A DNA stretch of 64,000 nucleotides from Alphaproteobacteria bacterium (GCA_038131935.1 JAYPQH010000030.1:32001-96000), one strand, 5' to 3'. Numbered from the stretch's first letter, positions 1-11,122 are shown. The notes: a model not told the origin generated them from the sequence alone. A program made the numbers and translations.

Positions 1-1968
1 CTTCATTAAGCGCCCAACCTATGCCTTGCGCTGCACCACCTTGCATCTGACCTTCCACATAGGCGGGATGAACAGCACGACCAACATCTTGGAATGAAGT
101 ATAGCGCAGGATGCGCACGATGCCGAGTTCTGGATCAACTTCTACGTCACATATATGAGTTGCAAAACCGCCTTCGGCACCTGTGGTGTTCAGCTGTACA
201 CCTGCGCCTATAGGCCCACCTGTTTGCGTTGCTTGCTCTGCCAGTTGCTCCAAGCTTAGAGGTTCGAAGTCTCCAGCATTGTCGCCAGCTGGCCTTGCCT
301 CACCATTTTCCCAAGTAACAGCCTCAGGATCAATATTCCAAATCATTGCAGCGCGTTGTTTGAGCTGGGTGATTACTTTTTCTGCAGATTGTGTGACCAC
401 CATGGCAGAGGCGAACAAGACGCGGCTACCACCTGTAATGTTCGAATAGCCGATGCTGGCGGTATCTCCAATCAGAACAGAAACCCTGTTGTAATCAATG
501 CCCAATAACTCAGCCGTGATATTGGCAATGGCTGCCCGTGAGCCACCAATATCTGGATGCCCCGTGGTAACAACGACATTACCATCCTCGGTAATGTTTA
601 CCTGAGCACTGGATTCACCACCTGCATTGAACCAAAACCCACTGGCAACCCCACGACCTTGTAACTTGCCCAGAGGTGCACTGTAGTGAGGATGTTCTTT
701 TGCAGCTTCAAGCGTTTTTCTGCATAGCCAATACGTGGGTATACAGGACCATGTGCGGCCTTGGTTCCCTCTTTTGCTGCATTTTTGAGACGCAGATCGA
801 GCGGATCCATATTCAAGGCTTCTGCCAATTCATCGAGAACACATTCCACCGCATAGGCGCCAATAGGTGCACCAGGGGCCCGATAGGCGGCCACTTTGGA
901 ACGGTTTGACACGACATCATAACCTTTAGAATGAACATTTGGAATATTGTAAGGGGCGAATGAACATCCTGCAGCACCCCTGATGGGGGACCCAGGTAAC
1001 GCACCAGCCTGGAGATAAAAGGTTCCTTGTCCAGCTACAATTTTCCCATCTTTTGTGGCGCCAATCTTTACAGTGCTTTTTGAAGCAGATGTTGGGCCCG
1101 TTGCACGCATGACTTCTTCTCTGGTCATGACCATCTTAACAGGACGACCAGACTTCTTGGCCAAAATGGTGGCCAAAGGCTCAAGATAGACAATGGTTTG
1201 CCACCAAAACCACCCCAATTTCAGCAGGAATCGCCCTGATATCACTCTGGGGGATACCTGTGAGGTAGGATGTCATGGCCCTCACCATGAATTGACCTTG
1301 GCTAGAAGACCATATGGTTGCCTTGCCATCTCCGCTTACGCTTACCAAGCAAGCATGACCCTCGATATAGCCTTGGTGGACGGGTCTGGTTGTGAAGCTA
1401 CGCTCGACAATCACATCAGCTTGTTCAAAGCCTTCTTCTACATCGCCTAACTTATGCTCCAAGGTGCCTGCAATGTTGGAAGGTTTCCCCTCAAACTGCA
1501 TAAAATCATGGAGAATGGGGGCGTCCTCTGCCAGCGCGTCATCTATTTCAATCGCGAAGGGAAGCACTTCATACTCCACTTCAATAAGTTCGCAGGCCTC
1601 AGCTGCAACGTCTTCATTAATAGCAGCTACTGCAGCAACGGGATGACCGTGAAAAAGTACTTTGTCTCGTGCCATCACATTACGGCTTATCCAGCGCATA
1701 TCTTGAATACCCAATATGACAGGTTTGTCTAACGGAATTCCACGATATCTTGGGCTGTTACCACAGCTTTCACGCCAGGATGCGCTTCAGCTTTGCTGGT
1801 ATCGATCCGAAGGATACGTGCGTGGGGATGTGGGCTGCGTAGTACCTTTGCCCAAATCATGCCTGGCATGGTTGTGTCCGCAGCATAAGCAGCACGACCT
1901 GTGACCTTATCTGCACCATCTGGTCTTATGGTACTTTTACCAATCCATTTGTTGGGAAGTTCATTCAT
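1..1968 (-). CDS. Xanthine dehydrogenase-family molybdopterin-binding large subunit; 3' end runs off the window; broken by several indels
   Basis: Consecutive minus-strand frames 1729-1968, 1181-1714, 598-1245 and onward to base 1 give KVTGRAAYAAD, LRSPHPHARI, VHQGYIEGH, (I)GGGFGGK, AYRAPGAP, GSR and EGQMQGGAAQGIGWALNE. Frame breaks near 1738, 1200-1215 and 715 fall in C, G or A runs. Confidence 0.9.
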
Positions 1969-2447
1969 GCCGCAGCCTCCTGCATTTCCTGTGCGGTTTC
2001 CAAAACCGCGCGAACAATTTTATCATAACCTGTGCAGCGACATAGGTTCCCTGCAAGCCAGAACCTTACCTCTGTTTCTGTTGGGTTTGGGTTCTGCTCC
2101 AACAATGCTTTTGCTGACACCAGCATGCCAGGTGTGCATATTCCACATTGTAAGGCTGCCATTTCTAAGAATTTTCTTTGCAATGGATGCATCTGGGTGC
2201 CTTGCGCCATTCCTTCGATGGTTTCAATGGATCCATCTTTACTTTCGACAGCCATCATCAAACATGAGCATACCAAACGTCCATTAAAGGTTATGCTGCA
2301 AGCCCCACAATCACCTGTGCCACAACCCTCTTTCGTGCCTGTTAAGCCTAATGGGCCGCGCAGAACATCTAGCATGCTCTCATGTGGCTCGCATAAAAAC
2401 TCAACCGGTTCGCCATTTATAGTTGTTGAAACGTGAACTTTGCTCAT
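1965..2447 (-). CDS. (2Fe-2S)-binding small subunit, CoxS/XdhC-like
   Basis: Motifs GTKEGCGTGDCGAC, LQCGICTPG and GNLCRCTGY; overlaps both neighbours by 4 nt. Confidence 0.95.
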   Translation of the reverse strand: MSKVHVSTTINGEPVEFLCEPHESMLDVLRGPLGLTGTKEGCGTGDCGACSITFNGRLVCSCLMMAVESKDGSIETIEGMAQGTQMHPLQRKFLEMAALQCGICTPGMLVSAKALLEQNPNPTETEVRFWLAGNLCRCTGYDKIVRAVLETAQEMQEAAA

Positions 2448-3322
2448 GATGAAAGACCCTCCTCAGCACGTTGTTTGGCGACTTGTGTCGTGCGCTTCAG
2501 CAAGACACCTGCGACTTGAACACGGTAGTCAATGGTACCACGCTTATCATTTATGGGGTTACATGCGGCACGACAGGCTTCAGCCGCGAGATCCAAAGCC
2601 TTCTCGTCCAGCGAACTGCCCACCAGCGCTGCAGCGGCATCAGGAACCAAGAGTGGCGTTGGGGCTACCGCACCCAGTCCCACACGTGCGTCTACACAAA
2701 CACCTTGGTCCATTGTCAATTTGACGGCGCATCCCACCACAGCAATGTCCATTTCTGTGCGCGGTATCATGCGTATATAGGCATCAGCGGTATGATTTGG
2801 TTTGCTGGGCAAGTGAAAGCTGACAACAATTTCTCCATGTGCAAGGCTGGTTTTGCCTGGTCCAACTGGGATTTGTTCAACAGGTACTTCACGGCGACCT
2901 TGAGGCCCTTGAACCGTAACCACCGCTCCGGCAGCAATCATGGCAGGAACACTGTCTCCAGCAGGTGAAGCATTACAAAGATTCCCACCAGGAGATGCTC
3001 GCCCCTGTACCTGGGTAGACCCAATGAGATTGATGGCTTCTAAAACGCCAGGCCAGTGGGCTTTAAATGAACTGCTTTCACTGAGCATGGCGCCAGACAC
3101 CGCAGCGCCAATGGTGAAACTGCCATCATCATGCAACGTGATCTGCATCATCTCTTCAATATGCTTCACGTCAACCACGGTTTGTGGTTTGAGTGACCCT
3201 GAACGCATATGGACAAGGAGGTCTGTCCCACCTGCCAGAATACGTCCTTGCCCTTGGGCATCCAGTAAAGCTTGCACAGCCTCATCTGTGGAGTGCGCCA
3301 TAATGTACGAACCGTTACTCAT
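2444..3322 (-). CDS. FAD-binding medium subunit, CoxM/XdhB-like
   Basis: Motifs ILAGGTDL, IGSTQVQGRASPGGNLCNASPAGD and PINDKRGTIDYR; GGAGG RBS upstream. Confidence 0.95.
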   Translation of the reverse strand: MSNGSYIMAHSTDEAVQALLDAQGQGRILAGGTDLLVHMRSGSLKPQTVVDVKHIEEMMQITLHDDGSFTIGAAVSGAMLSESSSFKAHWPGVLEAINLIGSTQVQGRASPGGNLCNASPAGDSVPAMIAAGAVVTVQGPQGRREVPVEQIPVGPGKTSLAHGEIVVSFHLPSKPNHTADAYIRMIPRTEMDIAVVGCAVKLTMDQGVCVDARVGLGAVAPTPLLVPDAAAALVGSSLDEKALDLAAEACRAACNPINDKRGTIDYRVQVAGVLLKRTTQVAKQRAEEGLSS

Positions 3323-3603
3323 TCTTCCTCCCCTTGGATTTATCTTGGCCTAAAGAACCCTTATTGTTGATGTGATGGGTGACCAAGATTGTCTATGATG
3401 TAGCCTATGAATATAACACGCTCACGACAAGGTATGGTTCATACCCTGCGGCAAGGTGATCATGAATAACCTTATTTTCCATCATCAACGCCCAGAGACG
3501 TCAAGATAAAATCATCTTATATCGGTGTTTTTGAATGTATAGGATCTGTTAACCCTGATGCGCACCACACAGATAGCCTAAAGGGGGTATCAGCCTCAAA
3601 ATG

Positions 3604-4290
3604 TCACAAAACTGTCACAACATGGGTTCCAAGTGTTTCTATGGAAGCTTCCAGCCGATCTCCAGAGGTCACTGCTGCAACGCCAGCAGGTGTGCCAGTC
3701 ATGATCAAATCACCTGGGGCTAAGCAAAAATGTTCCGATAAATACACAATCATTTCAGGAATTTTCCAAATCATCTGATTGAGGTTACCATTTTGGCGCA
3801 GTTCACCATTAACATGGAGGCTGATTTGCCCATCTTGGAGGATGGTTTTCCCATCTCTAGGGGTAATGGGTGACATAGGGGCAGAGGCTTCAAATGCCTT
3901 TCCAATTTCCCAGGGACGCCCCATTTTCTTTGCCGTCGCTTGCAAGTCGCGTCGGGTCATATCAAGACCGATGGCATAACCAAAAATAGCTTCTTGCGCT
4001 TGTTCAATGCTCAAATCCTCACCACCAGCTTGTAAAGCTACCACCAATTCGACTTCATGATGAACATCTTGGCTCTTTGATGGGTAAGGAAATTTATCAT
4101 CCAGCAAAATATTGTCTGGGTTTTTTTGAAAGAAAAATGGAGGCTCGCGGTTAGGGTCATGGCCCATTTCTATAGCATGCTCTGCATAATTGCGGCCGAT
4201 GCAATACAAACGTCTTACAGGGAACGTCGCCGTCATGCCACGAATGGGTATATGAACAGGATTACTTGGAGGAAAAATAAAGTCCGTCAT
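3604..4290 (-). CDS. Fumarylacetoacetate hydrolase family protein (fumarylpyruvate/acylpyruvase-like)
   Basis: Motifs CIGRNYAEH, PPFFFQK, HHEVEL, LDMTRRDLQ, GKAFE and GDLIMTGTPAGV. Confidence 0.93.
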   Translation of the reverse strand: MTDFIFPPSNPVHIPIRGMTATFPVRRLYCIGRNYAEHAIEMGHDPNREPPFFFQKNPDNILLDDKFPYPSKSQDVHHEVELVVALQAGGEDLSIEQAQEAIFGYAIGLDMTRRDLQATAKKMGRPWEIGKAFEASAPMSPITPRDGKTILQDGQISLHVNGELRQNGNLNQMIWKIPEMIVYLSEHFCLAPGDLIMTGTPAGVAAVTSGDRLEASIETLGTHVVTVL

Positions 4291-4498
4291 AGGGCGTCCC
4301 TCTTTAAACGGTTAATGATGACGGCATATGTTGGCACGAATTTTCCTGAGCAATCAACATGGCTCCATCTTTATGGTACCCTCAATGTTAACAAAGCTAT
4401 TTCATGGTCAGCATGCTTATCCCCTCGAGATAGGCCATTGGTTCTTGATGCTCGCTCTGATATTCTTTGTTTGGCCGTGCAGTTGGATGATGGAGTGG

Positions 4499-4786
4499 AT
4501 GATGAAACCAGATGAATTTCGTGAGCAATTGCGCCTCGGGGGATACGAGATCGTATCACGTGATATCGAACCTCATCATGCTTTAGGGCAACATCACCAC
4601 CCTTGGGATGTCTGGGGTATGGTCACAGAAGGCTCCTTCACCATTGAGCCAGCAGGCTCAGTATCTCATACCTATCATAAGGGTGAAATTTTCTCGCTAC
4701 ATGCAATGGTTGAACATACCGAACAGGCAGGGCCAGAAGGTGCTTCCATTTTGGTGGGTAGGCGTATGCCTGAGCAAACCTCTTAA
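4499..4786 (+). CDS. Small cupin-domain protein
   Basis: HHHPWDV...EGSF and HTEQAGPEG cupin metal motifs; GGAG RBS precedes ATG 4499/4502, so the ORF-track start at 4328 is probably too long. Confidence 0.75.
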   Translation: MMKPDEFREQLRLGGYEIVSRDIEPHHALGQHHHPWDVWGMVTEGSFTIEPAGSVSHTYHKGEIFSLHAMVEHTEQAGPEGASILVGRRMPEQTS

Positions 4787-5082
4787 GCAATACCCTCTAC
4801 AATCCGAAAATCTCGGTCCGACCCTCCATCAAGCGCTTGAAGAGCTTTCTGATAAGCAGGTGAATCATAAGCAGCTAAGGCTATGTCGTAGCTTTCAAAT
4901 TCAATGAGAACGACCCTTTGCTGAATACCATTTTCTTTCGCCGTAACTTGTTCACCACTGGCTGTTGCCAAAAACTTGGCGCCAAACGCTTCTAAGGCTG
5001 GAATGGCCAGTTCCAAATAGGCTTGTCTTTTGACCGGGTCGCTCTCTGAACGATGGATGCTCAAAAAATATCCTTTTGCCAT
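4783..5082 (-). CDS. DUF1330 family protein
   Basis: MAKGY...RVVLIEFESYDIALAAYDSPAYQKAL...RDFRIVEG is typical of the family; AAGGA RBS. Confidence 0.85.
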   Translation of the reverse strand: MAKGYFLSIHRSESDPVKRQAYLELAIPALEAFGAKFLATASGEQVTAKENGIQQRVVLIEFESYDIALAAYDSPAYQKALQALDGGSDRDFRIVEGIA

Positions 5083-5119
5083 GACGACTTTGTCCTTTCT
5101 TATTGATGATGACAGCGCA

Positions 5120-6253
5120 TCAAAATGTGATGACGGAACGAATGGATTTTCCTTCATGCATCAGTTTAAAGGCTTCATTGATATCATCCAAACCAAATGT
5201 ATGGGTGATCATAGGGTCAATTTCAATTTTGCCATCCATATACCAATCTACAAACCGAGGCACATCCGAGCGGCCCTTGGCACCGCCAAAGGCTGTTCCT
5301 TTCCATACCCTTCCCGTAACCAACTGAAATGGACGCGTAGAAATTTCAGCCCCTGCAGGTGCAACCCCAATAATAACACTAACCCCCCATCCCCTATGGG
5401 TGCATTCGAGGGCATCACGCATCACATCGACATTTCCTGTGGCATCAAAACTATAGTCGACCCCACCTATATGGTCTTGCTCTGTTTTGGTCTTGTTGAT
5501 GATGGCTTGGACTACAGATCCATCAATTTTTGAGGGGTTGATAAAATCTGTCATGCCAAACTTTTTTGCCATGTCTGCTTTGTTATCGTTAAGGTCGATA
5601 CCTATGATCTTATCTGCACCTGCCAGCCGTAATCCTTGGATTACGTTCAAACCAATGCCACCAAGCCCGAATACCGCCGCCGTTGATCCAATTTCGACAC
5701 CAGCGGTATTGATGACAGCGCCTATGCCTGTTGTAACACCACAGCCAATGTAACAAATTTTTTCAAAAGGGGCGTCTGGCCGTACTTTTGCGAGCGCAAT
5801 CTCAGGCATAACCGTATGCTGGGCAAATGTGGAACATCCCATGTAATGATAGATGGGGGTGCCATCCATACTGGAAAAACGCGTGGTTCCATCTGGCAAA
5901 AGACCTTGTCCTTGCGTATTGCGTATGGCGGTACAAAGATTGGTTTTCCCAGAAAGACAGGAAGGACATTGTCTGCATTCAGGTGTATAAAGCGGAATAA
6001 CATGGTCGCCTGGCTTTAAGGTTGTGACCCCCTCGCCAATTTCATGAACAATGCCTGCGCCTTCATGCCCTAAAATACATGGAAAAATGCCTTCTGGATC
6101 GCTACCTGAAAGTGTAAATTCATCTGTGTGACACACCCCAGTTGCTTTGATTTCCACGAGGACTTCACCTGCTTTGGGCCCTTCCAACATTACGTCAACA
6201 ACATCGAGAGGGGCACCAGCTTTCCATGCAACGGCAGCACGTGTTTTGATCAT
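5120..6253 (-). CDS. frmA: S-(hydroxymethyl)glutathione dehydrogenase / class III alcohol dehydrogenase
   Basis: Motifs [36 protein letters not shown] and [19 protein letters not shown]. Confidence 0.97.
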   Translation of the reverse strand: MIKTRAAVAWKAGAPLDVVDVMLEGPKAGEVLVEIKATGVCHTDEFTLSGSDPEGIFPCILGHEGAGIVHEIGEGVTTLKPGDHVIPLYTPECRQCPSCLSGKTNLCTAIRNTQGQGLLPDGTTRFSSMDGTPIYHYMGCSTFAQHTVMPEIALAKVRPDAPFEKICYIGCGVTTGIGAVINTAGVEIGSTAAVFGLGGIGLNVIQGLRLAGADKIIGIDLNDNKADMAKKFGMTDFINPSKIDGSVVQAIINKTKTEQDHIGGVDYSFDATGNVDVMRDALECTHRGWGVSVIIGVAPAGAEISTRPFQLVTGRVWKGTAFGGAKGRSDVPRFVDWYMDGKIEIDPMITHTFGLDDINEAFKLMHEGKSIRSVITF

Positions 6254-6339
6254 GTCTGAGGTCCTTTCCTTGAGAATGTATGGCAGAGCTGTTCGGTTTT
6301 TGATCTGTCAGGCTACCATGGTCAGCATTGACCTTTCAA

Positions 6340-7308
6340 TCATCTGTTATCATCGCCTTCGGCGAGCACTTTGCTCCGATGGAAGGAGTAAATACCCGCA
6401 AGTACGATCAAACCTGCACCAAATAAGGTGCTCGCCTGGGGAATTTCTTGAAAGAAGAACCATCCTAAAAAGGTTACAATGACAATTTGCACATAAGTGA
6501 AAGGTTGCAGCAAAGAGGCAGGCGCGAGGGTGAATGCGTGCATAAAAGTGACATGTCCCATGCAGCCCAATAAAGCGATCGCAAGCAATAACCACCAACC
6601 ATCTATGCTTGGTGTCACCCAATACCAAGGAATGACGAGAGAGGTGAGGATTAGGCCAATAATAGATGTCCACACGGCTGTGGTAGCTGCCCGATCTACT
6701 TGGCCAACAATCCGCAAAAAAAGAATACAGTAAAATGACCATAATATCATGCCACCAAGAGCGATCCATGTTCCCATGTTGATTTCTGAAAAACCTGGCT
6801 TGATGATAATAAGGACCCCACAAAAGCCCAAAGCAACAGATGACCAGCGTCGCCAGCCTACCTTTTCACCCAAAATAGGTATGGAAAGCACAACAACCAT
6901 CAATGGTGCCATGGCCAAAATGGCTTGCATATCGGCCAGGGGTAAGAATTTGAGCGCATACACGAACATGCCCATCTCCACCACCAAAAGGCAGGCGCGT
7001 ATACCTTGCAAAGTTGGTTTTTGGCTGCGCCATCGAATGGATTTACCCGGTTTGTAGGCCAAAAATAAGGCGATGGGTACAAACAGAACAAACCGCGCCC
7101 ACAAAATCTGAACAACAGACATCTGTTGCCCTAAGACTTTGTTGAGAACATCAACCCCGGAAAACATGAGAATGGCGGCCAAGATCACAAGAATACCCTT
7201 AGCTTGGCTGGTATCTATGTTGTCAGGGATGAAGAACGCATGATCAATAATGCCTATGGGGAAAACTGTTTTCTTGAGACAGCGTAAACTGATCACCCAT
7301 ATCATCAA
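6340..7308 (-). CDS. DMT/EamA family transporter; true start uncertain (possibly ATG near 7241 with an indel)
   Basis: About 10 hydrophobic segments; LGEKVGWRRW and APASLLQPFTYVQI motifs. Confidence 0.88.
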   Translation of the reverse strand: MMIWVISLRCLKKTVFPIGIIDHAFFIPDNIDTSQAKGILVILAAILMFSGVDVLNKVLGQQMSVVQILWARFVLFVPIALFLAYKPGKSIRWRSQKPTLQGIRACLLVVEMGMFVYALKFLPLADMQAILAMAPLMVVVLSIPILGEKVGWRRWSSVALGFCGVLIIIKPGFSEINMGTWIALGGMILWSFYCILFLRIVGQVDRAATTAVWTSIIGLILTSLVIPWYWVTPSIDGWWLLLAIALLGCMGHVTFMHAFTLAPASLLQPFTYVQIVIVTFLGWFFFQEIPQASTLFGAGLIVLAGIYSFHRSKVLAEGDDNR

Positions 7309-7439
7309 TCTGTGACGCTGACGAGTGGCAAATTGAATAGGTTATGTATTTTGGCATTGACCCTTGGGGGAAAAATTTTCAAACTTCATCCCATCATAAT
7401 CATCGTTCAATCTGAACGTTTCGCGGATCTGCCATCTTC

Positions 7440-8531
7440 ATGCCTAACACACCAAAACCACAGGAAAAAAACGATCTACAAACGAAAACATCATCCTTTT
7501 GGTTGATCATAACGATGCTGGTTGGTGCGTTGGGGGCATTCATCGCGGTGGAACTTAATCTCACGCTAGCACTTTTGCTTGGGCCGGTGGTGGCAACAAT
7601 GATTGCAAGCTTGTTGGGCTACCCCATGCAAGTGCCACATAAATTTCGTATGTCAGTTCTGGTGATTATGGGTGCGGTTATGGCCAGCCGGTTTACCCCT
7701 GATGTGCTGGATTATATCTTGATATGGCCGTTAAGCTTGCTCTGTGTGCCTTTGTTTATCATCCTCGCTTTCGTGTCTGTGGGCATGTACAATACCAAGG
7801 TGGCCGGTTTTGATAAGGCCACAGCCTATTTTTCTGCCATGCCAGGTGGGCTTTTGATCATGGCAGCAATGGGAAGCCAATATGGTGGTGATGAACCAAG
7901 AATTGCTCTTGCTCATATTCTCAGGATCGTTGTCTCTGTTTTTTTGCTTGCCTTTGCGTTCTGGGCATTTTTGGGCATCAGCACGGATCAAATTGCTTTT
8001 TTTCAACAAGGCATGAATGTGGATGCAATCCCTCTTCTTGAAGTTCTTTTGTTGGCCTGTGTGGGGGGCTATGTTGCCCATTATTTGAAGGTGCCTGCGC
8101 CATCTCTCATGGGGCCACTGCTTTTGATCGCGCCTTTATACATCGGTTCATGGATAGATGTAGAAATTCCTGGTCCGTTGATTGCGCTGGCTTTGTTGGT
8201 ATTAGGTTCGTCTATAGGGAGCCGATTTGTGGGCTATAACGTCCATATGCTTGCGCAATTATCATTCCATGCTGTTGTGAGCACGATCATCATGCTGGTC
8301 ATAGGGTTAATATTGGCCATCATTCTGTCGTCCTTCACGTCCATTCCTTTTGCAGCTGCCCTATTGGCTTTTTCGCCAGGAGGTATTGCGGAATCTACGT
8401 TGATTGCAATTGCCTTGGATGTGAACCCAGCCTATGTCGCTGTTCATCATTTGATACGCATTGTTTTATGTGGCCTCGCAGCTCCCTTTCTTGCGCGTTT
8501 AACAGGCTTTCATTCTGAACATTCTCTCTAG
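7440..8531 (+). CDS. AbrB family membrane protein (duplicated-domain AidB-regulator family)
   Basis: Repeated motifs TAYFSAMPGG...IALAHILRI and LAFSPGGIAE...VAVHHLIRI. Confidence 0.88.
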   Translation: MPNTPKPQEKNDLQTKTSSFWLIITMLVGALGAFIAVELNLTLALLLGPVVATMIASLLGYPMQVPHKFRMSVLVIMGAVMASRFTPDVLDYILIWPLSLLCVPLFIILAFVSVGMYNTKVAGFDKATAYFSAMPGGLLIMAAMGSQYGGDEPRIALAHILRIVVSVFLLAFAFWAFLGISTDQIAFFQQGMNVDAIPLLEVLLLACVGGYVAHYLKVPAPSLMGPLLLIAPLYIGSWIDVEIPGPLIALALLVLGSSIGSRFVGYNVHMLAQLSFHAVVSTIIMLVIGLILAIILSSFTSIPFAAALLAFSPGGIAESTLIAIALDVNPAYVAVHHLIRIVLCGLAAPFLARLTGFHSEHSL

Positions 8532-8634
8532 TGACCAAAGAGTCATCGGAAAATGTTTCCAAAAATCATGATGTTAAGCCCAAAGACCAGACGTTTTATC
8601 CTATAGCTTCAATAAAAATCACGAATGATGTTTG

Positions 8635-9631
8635 TTATTGTGCTAGCCATAAAACAACCAGGATGCTGAGGCCTGCCAGTAGCATGGTCTCTGCAAAAAG
8701 GATGATGAATGGTCTGAAACCCACAGCAAATATCCCCATAGGTTTGAATTTTAAGCCAACGGTGATGATGGCCAAAAAAATACAAAGCTTAGACAATTGT
8801 TCAGCCATATCTGTGATAAATGCTGGAAGAGGCACAAAGCTATTCAGCAGTAGCAGTAGAAAAAATATTATCAGAAATGTAGGGGGCAATGCGGATGTTT
8901 TTGATGTCGATTGTGATTGGCTTTGTTTATGCGCCACCGCGGTGCCCAAAAATAATAAGATGGGAACCAAGGCGCTTACCCTGATCAATTTTACCAAGAT
9001 GGCCCTATCCCCTGTTTCTTCTGAAAGGGTGTATCCTGCACCCACGACTTGGGCCACATCATGAATGCTGCTGCCAAGAAAAAAACCTGCTTGTGTGGGT
9101 GATAGATCCAAGGCATGAGCGAGCCATGGATACGTCAGCATACCCATTGTTGATAGAAAAGCGATTCAAGCAGCACAACAGTCAAGCTTTGTTGTTTGTT
9201 TTTAAATTCTGGCAAGGGCAAAACAGCCATGGCTGCAGAACACCACAAATGCCAACCGCACATCCTGACAATATTCCCAAACCCCATTCTTGGCGTAATA
9301 ATTTTGCCAATCCTACCCCCAAAAGAATGGTCAAAAGAACGAGGCAGAATGTTGCCAAACATAATATCCAACCCAACTCTTGAACATCTTGGAAGCTGAT
9401 ACGCAGGCCTAAGAGGGCGACGCCTGTTCGAAGAATAAAAGAGCCAACCATATCAATTCCAGGTTGGATAGCCATGCTGTTTGATTGATATTGAGAAAAA
9501 AAACAAAAACCTGTGAAGATGGCCATAAGCATCAGCGGTAAGGTAAAAAAATGCGCAAGAAGAAAAGCTATAATTCCCAAAAAGCTGACAAAAACAAATC
9601 CAGGGGCAAATTTCAAAAGTGATATGTTCAT
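8635..9631 (-). CDS. YeiH / putative sulfate exporter family membrane protein; frameshifted near 9150-9240
   Basis: LRTGVALLGLRIS, G(x)ICG(A)SAAMA, GSSIHDVAQVVGAG and VKLIRV are spread over three frames. Confidence 0.85.
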
Positions 9632-9849
9632 CAAGGCTCTTATTTGTTGTTCGAAAAAAACTTGGACGTATGTAAGCATGACTCTTTGTGATTGACCAGA
9701 ACCTTAGATGGAGCGCGTGGGTAGGTTATCATATTCGACCTTGGTTGGGTTTGGGTCACGATCCGTGTTGGCGTGGACAGCAAGTTGATCTAAATAGGAC
9801 GCGGTACCGACCAAGTCTTCGCAAGCTAAACATCATGGAAAAATATATT

Positions 9850-11086
9850 ATGGCCACAAATTCCAAACCCCTAGAAGGGCTGACAATCGTTGAAATCTCC
9901 GCCTTTATTGCAGCGCCCTATGCAGGGCTTCATTTGGCGCAATTGGGAGCAGAGGTCATACGTATTGATCCCATAGGGGGAGGCTTGGATTTTAATCGTT
10001 GGCCCATCACCAAAGATGGACGTTCTCTTTATTGGTCATCCCTAAATATGGGTAAAAAATCTCTTAGTCTTAATATGAAAGACCCAAAGGCCCAAGATAT
10101 CGTGCGGGATCTTCTCGCGCAGAAGGGGCAAGGACAAGGCATGGTCATCACAAATTTGGGCGCTCGTGGATGGATGTCATATGAAGCTCTTTGTGCGGTG
10201 AGACCTGATTTGATCATGGTTCAAATTTTGGGCAACAGAGATGGTAGTGTTGCCCTAGATTACACGGTAAATGCACGGGTAGGGTACCCTTGGTTGACGG
10301 GCCCAGCTGAGGCAAACGACCAACCCGTGAACCATGTGATGCCAATGTGGGATGTCGTCACTGGCATGCTGGCGGCCAATGCGTTGTTGGTTGCGCTGAG
10401 AAATCGAGAAAGCAATGGCCAGGGCCAGCTCATAAAAATTCCCCTTGCTGACGCAGCAATGTCTGTGGTCAGCAATCTAGGGTTGATGGCAGAAGTCATG
10501 GTCAATGATGAGGAGCGTCCTCGGTTGGGCAATCATGTTTATGGTACTTTTGGATGTAACTTCGCGACTGCTGATGGTCGTCAAGTCATGATTACAGCCT
10601 TCACAGCAAGGCATTGACTGCATTGGTAGCCGCCAAACAAAGAACAGATGCAAGCTCTTGCCGCATCACATGGGTGTGGACTTAAAGAAAGAAGAAAACA
10701 GATATCTTTTACGCGATGATATAGAGAAAATTTTACAACCATGGTTTGCCCAAAGAAGTTTGGAGGCTATTGGTGCACTCTTAGACGAGCACCAAGCCTG
10801 TTGGGGACCATACCAAACAGTGCGACAGCTTGTTGATGAAGACCCATATGCTTCATTGGAGAACCCAATGTTTCAGCTGGTTGATCAGCCCCATATTGGT
10901 TCATACAGGGTCGCAGGATCGCCCTTGGATTTCTCAAAACATCAGCGCGTTGCGCCAACAGCGAGTCCGACCCTTGGGGGTGATAACAAAGATATTCTTA
11001 TCAACCGTTTGGGTGTTTCGGAAGATGATTTCCACGCTTTGGTCGCTGAGGGTTTGGGGAGCGGGTTGCTGAATAACGTTTCATAA
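9850..11086 (+). CDS. mct: Mesaconyl-CoA C1-C4 CoA transferase (2-methylfumaryl-CoA isomerase), family III CoA-transferase; frameshifted near 10612-10670
   Basis: SAFIAAP...LAQLGAEVIRIDPIGGGLDFNRWP, DYTVNA, PVNHVMPMWDVVTG, AEVMVND..RPRLGN and ENPMFQLVDQPHIGSY closely follow my recollection of Chloroflexus Mct along the full length. Confidence 0.85.
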
Positions 11087-11122
11087 TGTTGCACACTTGT
11101 TCTTTGGTGGGCTACCTAATCT

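Noticed and set aside
1-3322. Aerobic CO dehydrogenase coxMSL
   Set aside because: The active-site loop is AYRAPG, not AYXCSFR or AYXGAGR.
4332-4347. Sigma54 promoter TGGCACGAATTTTCCT upstream of the cupin gene
   Set aside because: The -24 element is perfect, but the essential -12 GC is CC.
7440-8531. Ammonia monooxygenase
   Set aside because: This is a legacy label of the AbrB membrane family; no amoABC motifs are present.
10612-10620. In-frame TGA in mct as selenocysteine or recoding
   Set aside because: Homology continues in a different frame (CAT TG[G] ACT GCA TTG), so it is an indel rather than a read-through codon.
9850-11086. Autotrophic 3-hydroxypropionate bicycle
   Set aside because: Only mct is present; malonyl-CoA reductase and propionyl-CoA synthase are not in the window.
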